IMG/VR virus record: IMGVR_UViG_3300037790_000020 | Reading direction: 5' to 3' (one strand) | DNA length: 20,000 nucleotides | Source of the DNA: an uncultured virus (IMG/VR IMGVR_UViG_3300037790_000020) | Taxonomy: Duplodnaviria; Heunggongvirae; Uroviricota; Caudoviricetes | Shown here: positions 8,052 to 15,910 of the stretch, piece after piece | Layout of the letters: every line of letters starts with the position of its first letter | How positions within the stretch are numbered: the first letter of the stretch is position 1 | Position numbers and translations under genes: made by a program | Notes under the pieces: generated by a model | What the model saw: only the letters and a program-made list of their open reading frames with translations | Database searches by the model: none | Told to the model about the DNA's origin: nothing

Positions 8052-9754
8052 TATGCTAAATCTCCAAACACTGTTGCACAAACTCTTTCCATATCATAGT
8101 TCGCCCCATTTCCTGTCTGTGATAAAAGAGTGAAAGCTGTTGTTGTATAAACACCCCCATCAGCAGGGTCGAGTAAAGCAAGAGCATCGTTTGAAGTCCC
8201 CCTTTCCGGCTGAGTTCCTGCTAATGCTACAGCGTAGTTAGCATTAGCCATAGTTACCCCAAGATTTACCACCCATTCACCAGCACCACTATCTGTAATA
8301 CTCGATACATTGAAATCATCGTTTATTGCAACGGTACCTTTACCACCAAAATTAACCCATGCTTTAGCTATACCATCACTTGTAGGTACAGCGCCATCGA
8401 CATAAGTCTTAACAGATTGTTGTGATGGGATAGCTGTAGCACTGTTCGAGGACATATCATCCTCATCAACAAAATCTAACTGAGAAAAAGTATCTGTTCC
8501 AGTTGAATATGGAATCTTGTTAGCGCCTGTAGATAAACCGGCTAATGCTGTTAAAGTAGCATCAAAAGCCTGTACATCAGTACCTATAACCAAACCTAAG
8601 TTAGTTCTCGCTCCAGATGCATCAGAAGCCCCTGTTCCCCCATCGGTTACCGCTACGTCTGTACCACTAGGAGCATAATAATCTGTACCTTCAACAGCAG
8701 CAGAAAATGCAGATATACCATTACCCTTTACAATTCCAGTAAGAGTTGAAACTCCAGTACCACCATTGGCTACTTCTAAATCAGTACCCGACCAATCCGC
8801 ATTATTAACTGTAGATTGTTCAGCTAAGGAACCTAGGCCTAAAGTTGTTCTTTGAGCAGAAGCATCTGCATCATCAAGTAAAGCCCGACCTGCCGCAGTA
8901 CATGAAATCTCTTCTATCGTACCCGCACCAGCTGTTTCCCTACCCAACAAAACATTGGTTCCTGATGTATCTTGCATTTTGTCATAAGTAACAGTGTCGG
9001 CATTAATGGACCAAACTGTTCCGGTTCCTGAAACAGTAATATCGCCATAATTATCATCGTCAACCACAGTACTTATATTATTATCTACGTAGGCTTTAAT
9101 ACATTCACTTGTTGCTAAAGAAGTATCGGAAGCTGTTGCAAGGGTATCATCATCAATAACAGTATAACTAGAAAGAGTATCTAACTGAGCATCCCACGCC
9201 TGTACATCGGTACCTATTACAAGACCTAAAGTACTACGTGCATCTCCTGCGGTAGCATCATCTACTAAAGTAGCTCCAAAAGCAGAGATAGTTGTCGAAT
9301 CAGGAACATTGAGAGTTTTAATACCAGAAAGAGAAGTTACTTCTGAATCCATTAATGCACCAGCAGCAGTTACATTTGCCGTATCTGTTACATCAGCTAA
9401 ATCCTCAATTCCATCTAATTTAGTTTCATCAGCAGTTGTAAAACTAGCTGTAGTAGCATCTAAAACTGCGGACCAACCCTGTACATCAGTACCTATAACC
9501 AAACCTAAGTTAGTTCTTGCATCTGCTGCTGTTGAGGCACCTGTACCACCATCGGCAACAGTAATATCAGTAATTCCAGTAATAGAACCGCCTGTAATTA
9601 AAACTGCGTCAGCATCTTGAGTAGCAATGGTACCGTAGGCATCTTCGATAATATCTGAAATAGCCACATTATAAAGAGCACCTGCAATATTAGCGATTAC
9701 GGTAGTAGCCCCGGTTACTACAGTTGAAGTTGGTAAGTCATTTGGTTTTGTCAT
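8051..9754 (-). CDS. Long tail fibre protein 1 (567 aa, repetitive)
   Basis: A/T/G/D-rich; repeated GGTG and ARTNLGLVIGTDVQ motifs; two DxD..S.T...S..S/IK.YVD motifs; C-terminal AKAWVNF...FNVSSITD.G.G domain common in marine phage fibres. Confidence 0.85.
   Translation of the reverse strand: MTKPNDLPTSTVVTGATTVIANIAGALYNVAISDIIEDAYGTIATQDADAVLITGGSITGITDITVADGGTGASTAADARTNLGLVIGTDVQGWSAVLDATTASFTTADETKLDGIEDLADVTDTANVTAAGALMDSEVTSLSGIKTLNVPDSTTISAFGATLVDDATAGDARSTLGLVIGTDVQAWDAQLDTLSSYTVIDDDTLATASDTSLATSECIKAYVDNNISTVVDDDNYGDITVSGTGTVWSINADTVTYDKMQDTSGTNVLLGRETAGAGTIEEISCTAAGRALLDDADASAQRTTLGLGSLAEQSTVNNADWSGTDLEVANGGTGVSTLTGIVKGNGISAFSAAVEGTDYYAPSGTDVAVTDGGTGASDASGARTNLGLVIGTDVQAFDATLTALAGLSTGANKIPYSTGTDTFSQLDFVDEDDMSSNSATAIPSQQSVKTYVDGAVPTSDGIAKAWVNFGGKGTVAINDDFNVSSITDSGAGEWVVNLGVTMANANYAVALAGTQPERGTSNDALALLDPADGGVYTTTAFTLLSQTGNGANYDMERVCATVFGDLA
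8569..9517. repeat. 40-bp perfect direct repeat pair (8569-8608 and 9478-9517) with a degenerate third copy (9199-9238)
   Basis: CCTGTACATCAGTACCTATAACCAAACCTAAGTTAGTTCT is identical at both sites, 909 nt (303 codons) apart; encodes RTNLGLVIGTDVQ. Confidence 0.9.
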
Positions 9755-10108
9755 TTAATTAGCTTCCAATTTGTTTTGTCCTAAGTTATCTATAAATAAT
9801 GGTGTAGAAGAAGTTGTACTATTATTTTCTAAATAAAGACTTGTAACTTCACTTACAGCGCCAGAAGGAACATTTCGAGCATGTTGAAGTTTTTGTGGCT
9901 CAGCAGGCACCTGTGGCTCCTTATAAGCTTCAGTTATATTCCACTTCCCATCATCTTCTGATTTATGAATCCAATGTCCAGTTCCTTCCTCTATTTTCAT
10001 TTGTGAGTACTTATAGGGCATTCCAGAACGGTCACTAAATCCAGTAACTCCTTTAGAACTAGCCCACTTCCGTCTTCCTAATCGTCTACGTCTACTTTTA
10101 AGTCTCAT
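9755..10108 (-). CDS. Small conserved tail-associated protein (117 aa)
   Basis: GFSDRSGMPYKY...EPQKLQHAR matches a family typically encoded right after the adaptor in this kind of phage; start moved to MRLKSRRR at 10108, just after the adaptor stop. Confidence 0.6.
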   Translation of the reverse strand: MRLKSRRRRLGRRKWASSKGVTGFSDRSGMPYKYSQMKIEEGTGHWIHKSEDDGKWNITEAYKEPQVPAEPQKLQHARNVPSGAVSEVTSLYLENNSTTSSTPLFIDNLGQNKLEAN

Positions 10109-10110
10109 TA

Positions 10111-10794
10111 TTATCTTGGGATATCGGGATAAACCCAAAAATCCGTTCTTTCTCTATCCTCTAAAAACGCCCGGTCTAATCGAGCTTCGTATTCTTGGAA
10201 AATTGCTGCTACTTTTTCCGCCTCTATCCCCTCTTTTTTAAATGACATAAAATAGGCTAAACCCATTGATAGGGCGGGAAGATAACGATAATTCATATCC
10301 ACTAATTGATATGACTTTGTAACATCTTTATGGCGGCGCATACCCCAATATTCAATAGTACCGGAAGCTGCATCTGAATCAGGAACAGGCCAAACAATTA
10401 GTTTAGATGGACTTACAGTTCTATCAAAAGCATATGTATTTGGTTTGCCGTCTGTAGATTTAGTTGGTATATTGAAATAATCAAAAAGGGAGGTGGGATA
10501 CATTTGAATTTCAGTACCATCACTAGTTTTAAAATTAACATCTAAAATTCCAATGATATCAGCATCTAGGGTATATTCGGCTTGGTCTTGTACTAAAGAT
10601 ACTGAGTTTTTCTCTAAATGGGCTAAAGGATACTCACGATTAGCCAAATCAATCATTAACAAATTCAGTGAGCGTCTTGCTGAACGCATATCGTAGCCGT
10701 TCGTATATTCACCCTTCAAAATATCAAAAGCTTCTTCTAATATCTCATCAACAGGTAAATTAAACTCAGTTGTAGCTGAAACGGCTTCTACCAT
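10111..10794 (-). CDS. Head-tail adaptor / tail tubular protein A, paralogue 1
   Basis: FNLPVDEILEEAF, GYDMRSARRSLNLL, GKPNTY, VWPVPD, RYLPALSMGLAY, EDRER motifs; strong AAGGAG RBS. Confidence 0.8.
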   Translation of the reverse strand: MVEAVSATTEFNLPVDEILEEAFDILKGEYTNGYDMRSARRSLNLLMIDLANREYPLAHLEKNSVSLVQDQAEYTLDADIIGILDVNFKTSDGTEIQMYPTSLFDYFNIPTKSTDGKPNTYAFDRTVSPSKLIVWPVPDSDAASGTIEYWGMRRHKDVTKSYQLVDMNYRYLPALSMGLAYFMSFKKEGIEAEKVAAIFQEYEARLDRAFLEDRERTDFWVYPDIPR

Positions 10795-10818
10795 TATTTA
10801 TATCTCCTTTGCGTATTT

Positions 10819-10827
10819 ATTATACCA
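10819..10827 (-). promoter_or_regulatory. Extended -10 promoter candidate (TGGTATAAT)
   Basis: Perfect TGnTATAAT in the 45-nt gap upstream of the adaptor 1 RBS. Confidence 0.6.
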
Positions 10828-10839
10828 GTTTCTTAATAT

Positions 10840-12063
10840 TTACGCAGTTCCATCTAATACTCTCGTACCAATTTGCTGAATTGGAACCGTGGTTTCATCC
10901 TGGCAGCAGGCAAATACGTAAAGCCCTGAGGGGGTAACATCGACCACGTTATGGTCGGCCTGAATACCGGGAAAGATGTTTACTTTCGTTGAGGCCGTGC
11001 AGACTAAGCTCTCACTGACGCTCACAACAACAGCTGCCCCGGCCTGAGGCGATTCATCCTGCATACGGGAAGCGAACATAGCGCACCTGTTTGGAAGCTC
11101 CGTGACTGTACCTGTTCCCTGAAAGATATCGTTGCTGCCGAATATAGCCGTTGCCGCCGTGCCTCTTGTGATATTCTCTCCATCCCACGAATAAGCATTG
11201 GCATCAACACTGGAACCGCCAGCGTTTTCATAGGCCATTACACAAACATCATCGGCAATGTAAGCGGCCATCATATCGTCATACTGGTTGGAGGCAGCAT
11301 CGACATCAATCCGGGCTTCTTCCGTGCAGTTTGTGCCAGATACGCTAAAGTACCTCACAGCGGAATCCTCAGCCGCCACATCGGTATTACCAACCCAAAA
11401 AGCGGAACCGTCCGCCTTCGCCTTACAGATAGCCGGGTAGTCCAGAGTGGAGTTAATATCCACTCTCGTGCCAATCGTAATATTATCGCCGTTGGTATCA
11501 ATCACAAACACCTGCCCGTTTGATGTATCGCCATCATCACGCATCACGGCAGCTGCTTTTGTGCCGCTAAGCTCAGTTAAAGCACAGCGGAAATTAGGCG
11601 TGGTCAGGTTAAGGGATGTCTCTACGTCCGTCTCTGTCAGGGTTTTGCCGGATTTGGTAAGTAAGGCCACTACCCCGGTCGAGCCGGAAGTCGTGCTTTC
11701 ATAAAGACAGAGGAATTTTGTATCGCTTAATTTAACGATATTAAAGCCTGTACCATCGGCATGAGTAAGCTGGACTGGCGTGTTGGTGTCTATCGCGTCA
11801 AATGCCTTGTCTGCGATATCGACGACAACGGCCTGAACATTATTATCAGCGTCCTGATAAATCATTACAGCCTCAGTGTCCGAAACAGCAGCTATGTCTT
11901 GCGCGCCTGTACCGCCACCAGTTGCGAGTTGCGTAACACTTCCATCATTGGTACCATCCCAAGAAGCCCAATCAGCAGAAGGAGCTACGACAGTAGATTC
12001 TGAAAACATAGTTTCTTGAGATGAACCTAATACAGAATTAATTAAGGAGTTTCTAATTGTCAT
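10840..12063 (-). CDS. Predicted seven-bladed beta-propeller virion protein with atypical base composition
   Basis: Seven ~50-aa repeats beginning DIAAVSDTEAVMIYQD, NIVKLSDTKFLCLYES, ALTELSGTKAAAVMRD, AICKAKADGSAFWVGN, MAAYIADDVCVMAYEN, TVTELPNRCAMFASR, VVDVTPSGLYVFACCQD; AAGGAG RBS; GC-rich core. Confidence 0.6.
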   Translation of the reverse strand: MTIRNSLINSVLGSSQETMFSESTVVAPSADWASWDGTNDGSVTQLATGGGTGAQDIAAVSDTEAVMIYQDADNNVQAVVVDIADKAFDAIDTNTPVQLTHADGTGFNIVKLSDTKFLCLYESTTSGSTGVVALLTKSGKTLTETDVETSLNLTTPNFRCALTELSGTKAAAVMRDDGDTSNGQVFVIDTNGDNITIGTRVDINSTLDYPAICKAKADGSAFWVGNTDVAAEDSAVRYFSVSGTNCTEEARIDVDAASNQYDDMMAAYIADDVCVMAYENAGGSSVDANAYSWDGENITRGTAATAIFGSNDIFQGTGTVTELPNRCAMFASRMQDESPQAGAAVVVSVSESLVCTASTKVNIFPGIQADHNVVDVTPSGLYVFACCQDETTVPIQQIGTRVLDGTA

Positions 12064-12077
12064 TGTTTAACTCCTTT

Positions 12078-12404
12078 TTAAATAAACCCTTGTACTTTTG
12101 CTACCCCATTAGTACCTGTTTTAACTGCCCTAATAAAAGTAAATGTTCCTATAAGAGCATCATTCTCATCAGTATTTCCTGTATAAGTTTCTATAGTGGT
12201 TATATCGGAAGCCCCTATAACACCAGCTAAAGCAGTGGCATCATCAGCCTCTAGAGTAGTACCTTGAATTGTAATAGTATCTGAAGCATTCATATTCACT
12301 TGAATAGTTCTATAAACAGAAGCATTTTGTGGTTCTAATTGAATCCAATCTCCGTTTCCAGCGCTATCCGTATTTAATAGAACGACATGTCTCATTCCCG
12401 CCAT
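12078..12404 (-). CDS. Small beta-rich virion protein, possible capsid vertex/spike base
   Basis: 108 aa with alternating beta pattern (TIQVN, TITIQGT, FTFIRAVKTG); first gene after the MCP terminator; AAGGAG RBS. Function is inference from position and fold type. Confidence 0.45.
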   Translation of the reverse strand: MAGMRHVVLLNTDSAGNGDWIQLEPQNASVYRTIQVNMNASDTITIQGTTLEADDATALAGVIGASDITTIETYTGNTDENDALIGTFTFIRAVKTGTNGVAKVQGFI

Positions 12405-12439
12405 AATTATTTTCTCCTTTTCAATAATTAACCTTATCT

Positions 12440-12448
12440 ATTATAGCA
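12440..12448 (-). promoter_or_regulatory. Extended -10 promoter candidate (TGCTATAAT)
   Basis: Perfect TGnTATAAT immediately downstream of the terminator and upstream of the RBS of the 108-aa gene. Confidence 0.65.
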
Positions 12449-12463
12449 TCTTTCGATAGAATC

Positions 12464-12491
12464 AGAAAAGGCCCTCAAAAGGGCCTTTTCT
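12464..12491 (-). terminator. Intrinsic terminator after the major capsid gene (possibly bidirectional)
   Basis: Perfect 12-bp inverted repeat AGAAAAGGCCCT-caaa-AGGGCCTTTTCT with a GC core and TTTTCT after the stem on both strands, about 50 nt after the MCP stop. Confidence 0.85.
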
Positions 12492-12539
12492 TTATTGGTT
12501 AGTGAGGAACAACCAAAATTTTAATAATTCATAAGCGGC

Positions 12540-13478
12540 TTATGAACCACCTGCTGAACCGTAAACTTTACGCCAGTTACCAACCATGAAAGCATAACGC
12601 TCAGTAGCAGTAGTAATAATATTACCAGTGTACGGGTCAGTATACTCCATGTCGATTTCTAATGGGCGTCTCTGCCAATGAATAAGACCGTAGTCTACAT
12701 CAGTCATAATGAACCAAGCATTAGAATCCGTCAAGTAATCGTAAATCATAAAATCTTGGAAAAATCCACGAGACTTAAGGCTATTCACATTGTTTGTGTT
12801 AGTACCATAGTCAGGACTTGTACCAGTAGCAATACTAGTGCTCAAGTCAGATTTAAGGATTTCGAAGGCATCAAAAGCATCATCAGGGTGTACAATAAGT
12901 TTCTGAGGAGCAACTTTAATTTTAAGTTGTCTGTCATCAACAAAGTCTGTACGGATAGTCGTGATAGCGTTTTTCAACGACGTATCAGAAATATCAGCAC
13001 TTACAGAGTTAGAAACTGTACCACCAAATTGCAATGGGTGAGCTGTATCACAAAGAGGCTCGCCATCACCAATTGGTGCACCTGAATCAAAAGCTAGGTT
13101 AAAGATAGAAGCTCCACGAAGTTCTTTGGTTTCGCCCATAGAACGTGAAAGATTCTGACCCATCATCTCGGACTTAGACTCATAAAGGTTATCTTCAATA
13201 GCTTCACGAGTAATCGCAAAACCCAATCCAATAACTGAGTGTTCTGCACGAGCGGTATAACCGTCACTCATTGTGTCTAGGAAGATTTGGTCACCTTCTG
13301 GCTTCACAGGTGCAAGACCCGTTCCAACAGTCATAATCATTTCTTCATAGGCTTTATCTGACTTCTTAGTTTCGAAAACTTGTTTACACTGTTCGGTAAA
13401 ACGTGCGTAGTTTTTTCCCATCAATCCCGCAAGACCGGGACGAAGGCGTTTAACAATATCTGCTCTACTTAATGGCAT
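12540..13478 (-). CDS. Major capsid protein (HK97 fold, Mu gpT-like family)
   Basis: MPLSRADIVKRLRPGL, SDKAYEE, APVKPEG, GFAITREAIEDNLY, GDGEPLCDTAHP, KLIVHP, YLTDSNAWF, ERYAF..NWR..YGS motifs; followed by a terminator. Confidence 0.9.
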   Translation of the reverse strand: MPLSRADIVKRLRPGLAGLMGKNYARFTEQCKQVFETKKSDKAYEEMIMTVGTGLAPVKPEGDQIFLDTMSDGYTARAEHSVIGLGFAITREAIEDNLYESKSEMMGQNLSRSMGETKELRGASIFNLAFDSGAPIGDGEPLCDTAHPLQFGGTVSNSVSADISDTSLKNAITTIRTDFVDDRQLKIKVAPQKLIVHPDDAFDAFEILKSDLSTSIATGTSPDYGTNTNNVNSLKSRGFFQDFMIYDYLTDSNAWFIMTDVDYGLIHWQRRPLEIDMEYTDPYTGNIITTATERYAFMVGNWRKVYGSAGGS

Positions 13479-13495
13479 GTCATCTTACCTTTCTA

Positions 13496-14041
13496 TTAAA
13501 CAAACTTAACGAGAACCGTTGCCGGGTCATCGCCGAAGTCATTTCCTTGAGTTTCATCAATTGCTACAATCTCAACAAGACGATTTTCAGAAGTTACTGA
13601 AGCGTCCAAATCAACTACTGCTTGAGAACGTCCAAGGGTAACTGTACCAGCGTTTTTAACGCGGAACTGTTGACCAATGTGTGTCTGAGCAAGAGCAGCA
13701 TCATCTGTATCGATTCTAAACAATCTATCTGCTACAGGTTCGATAATGGCAACAACATCAGTGAAGCCAGCAACCGTACCAGAGTTTGTAGTACCCGCAG
13801 GAAAGTTGTCAAGCATACGCCATTCACCATTAGCATCGATATACTCAATACCTCGGAGAATATGAGTAGCTTGGACTGTCTCGGGGGTAAGAATCAGGTA
13901 ACCATCTGTGTGGACATGTACCGGGTCACCATGACCAATCGCGGTGTTATAACCATTATCAATGGTTGCGCGAGTTAGGCCAACAGCACCAGTAATACCA
14001 CTAGAACTTTTACCTGTAGAATTAAAACCTGTATTAGCCAT
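13496..14041 (-). CDS. Capsid cement/decoration protein
   Basis: MAN start, TAIGHGDPV, G/T-rich beta pattern, located immediately upstream of the MCP. Confidence 0.6.
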   Translation of the reverse strand: MANTGFNSTGKSSSGITGAVGLTRATIDNGYNTAIGHGDPVHVHTDGYLILTPETVQATHILRGIEYIDANGEWRMLDNFPAGTTNSGTVAGFTDVVAIIEPVADRLFRIDTDDAALAQTHIGQQFRVKNAGTVTLGRSQAVVDLDASVTSENRLVEIVAIDETQGNDFGDDPATVLVKFV

Positions 14042-14045
14042 AAGC

Positions 14046-14110
14046 TAGGTCTCCTTCTCTCTGTTTGTCCCCATTATTTATGTGAAACTGAAAGAAGGAG
14101 GGAACACCTA
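14046..14110 (-). promoter_or_regulatory. RNA hairpin sequestering the Shine-Dalgarno of the cement gene
   Basis: mRNA CUCCUUCUUUCAGUUU (14100-14085) pairs with AAACAGAGAGAAGGAG (14066-14051) at 15 of 16 positions including one G-U; UAGGU/ACCUA extends the stem; AAGGAG lies 9 nt before the ATG at 14041. Confidence 0.65.
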
Positions 14111-14710
14111 TTAATCTTCAAAAAAGCCTTTTTTCAGTTTTAAGTTTGATGAACCGTGGTCAAATTTATTAACAATAGTGTCGTCACTAGATTTTTTATA
14201 TTCTTGTTGTGCGGCTGCTAATTGGTCTTCCACAGTTCTGCGGTTTTCTTCCTGACGGAAGTCGCGATATGCGATAGGGAGTTTGATTAGAACCAAATGT
14301 TCTTTTCTAATCCCTTCGACGCTATTTCGTTCATCTTCTAAGTCTGCCCATTCTTCTTCGTAACGATATTTTGTAAGACCGGATAAAAATTCGGGAGCAC
14401 TCTCCTTGATTTCTCTAGCCGTTACAAGTTCGCCACCAAGACTCAAGTAATGGTTAAGTTTTTCATTTGTAAACTGCTTTGTTTTTGCATCTACTATTGC
14501 GGCCCAACGAAGGAAATAACCTTCTTCTTCCATATATTTTATGAGGGCCTCAGGGAAACTTAAATCGTGCGGTTTACGGAAACTAGCTCTATCGTATGTA
14601 CGACGGGCAGGGTCACGAGATGCTCTTGGAGCACGACTAACCACTTCCTCTTCTTCACTAGATTCATTTGATTTAGCGTCTTTATTTTCTTTATCGTTTT
14701 TTCCTAACAT
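14111..14710 (-). CDS. Conserved head-region hypothetical protein
   Basis: Arg-rich N-terminus, GYFLRW, GELV, LVLIKLP pattern seen between scaffold and cement genes in related phages; AAGGA RBS. Confidence 0.55.
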   Translation of the reverse strand: MLGKNDKENKDAKSNESSEEEEVVSRAPRASRDPARRTYDRASFRKPHDLSFPEALIKYMEEEGYFLRWAAIVDAKTKQFTNEKLNHYLSLGGELVTAREIKESAPEFLSGLTKYRYEEEWADLEDERNSVEGIRKEHLVLIKLPIAYRDFRQEENRRTVEDQLAAAQQEYKKSSDDTIVNKFDHGSSNLKLKKGFFED

Positions 14711-14728
14711 ATCTTAAATGTCCTTTCT

Positions 14729-15910
14729 TTAGAACTTTTGCCGTTGGTTATCTTTTTTAATCTCTAGAGCATAATCTTGTAAGGTAATACCATGAGGCTC
14801 TAGGTGATTTTTCCAATACCTATACATTTCCTTATCAATTACGACTTTATTAGAGCCTTTATTTTGGGAATTTGAATTAGGTGAGGACGAACGGGAAGGT
14901 CCTTTTGCAGGAACATTCTTAGATTTATTAGTTGTTCGTGGTTTTTCCGTCTCACCAGACGCGTCGTTGTCAGAGTTTTCTGACTCGCTATGTGTATAGT
15001 TTAACGCATCTAATCCATCTGATGCAAGTGCTTCATAAAAATCAAATTTTCCTGAAAGCCTAATATCCATCTCTTCATAAAAAACCGGGTCAGCATTACT
15101 AAACCCTTCAGCAAGTAATTGACGGGCTATATTAGCCATCTCTTGTCTTACTGGAGAAAGTTTTTTACGTTGTTCAATATCCAAAGATGCATATTCATCA
15201 TTATTGATAAGAAACTCTTTTCCTTCTGTCCACTCTTCAGCAGCTTCACTCAAACCTTGATTACTAGAAGATTGAGTCTTTTGAGGTTGTGGTTTTTGTT
15301 TTTCTGGAGTATCTGCAACATTCTGTAGGTGTCTAATATGACTCTGAGACTCAATAAGCTGTTTAGTGATAGAAGCAATCTTTTCTCCATCTCCATCTTC
15401 TGCCGCAGCCTTTAGAGCAGCTTCTAACCGAGCAACATCAGCTGTTAAACGTTCTAACTCTACTTTGGCGTAAGTAGAAGTAGTTTCATCATACTCAGCT
15501 TTAATAGCTTCCATCTCAGCATTTTGGGTAGCAATAAAATTCTCAAGTTCTTTAATTTTAGCATTTTGCTGCTTAATACGTTCTTTTGCCCGAGATTTTC
15601 GTTTCTTCTCTGCTTTCTCAGCTTCTTCTGCTTTCTTTCTTTCTTCTTCTGAGTCAACAGACTCAGTATCTTCATCTTCCCCAGAATCTTGGGGCTCATC
15701 TACTTCAGAATCTTCTTCTTTTTCAACATATTTATCTTCTTCGTTTTCTTCGAGTTCAACTTCAACATCCTCAATCTCACCAATGGGTGTACCATCAGTG
15801 TCTAGTTGAAAACTAACTCTATTAGAAGAAGGATTATCGTTATCGTCTTCTAAGAAGTCATTTAAACTTTCGTCTACAACTTCTACTTCTACTTTTTTAT
15901 CTTTGGGCAT
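14729..15910 (-). CDS. Capsid scaffolding protein
   Basis: Very acidic N-terminus, long coiled coil (RAKERIKQ...), low-complexity linker, C-terminal GITLQDYA helix; lies between portal and MCP. Confidence 0.7.
   Translation of the reverse strand: MPKDKKVEVEVVDESLNDFLEDDNDNPSSNRVSFQLDTDGTPIGEIEDVEVELEENEEDKYVEKEEDSEVDEPQDSGEDEDTESVDSEEERKKAEEAEKAEKKRKSRAKERIKQQNAKIKELENFIATQNAEMEAIKAEYDETTSTYAKVELERLTADVARLEAALKAAAEDGDGEKIASITKQLIESQSHIRHLQNVADTPEKQKPQPQKTQSSSNQGLSEAAEEWTEGKEFLINNDEYASLDIEQRKKLSPVRQEMANIARQLLAEGFSNADPVFYEEMDIRLSGKFDFYEALASDGLDALNYTHSESENSDNDASGETEKPRTTNKSKNVPAKGPSRSSSPNSNSQNKGSNKVVIDKEMYRYWKNHLEPHGITLQDYALEIKKDNQRQKF

Noticed and set aside
8569..9517. Fibre repeats as CRISPR or DGR template/variable repeats
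   Set aside because: Only two to three in-frame copies with irregular spacing; no adenine-specific mismatch pattern between the identical pair and no reverse transcriptase or cas gene in the window.
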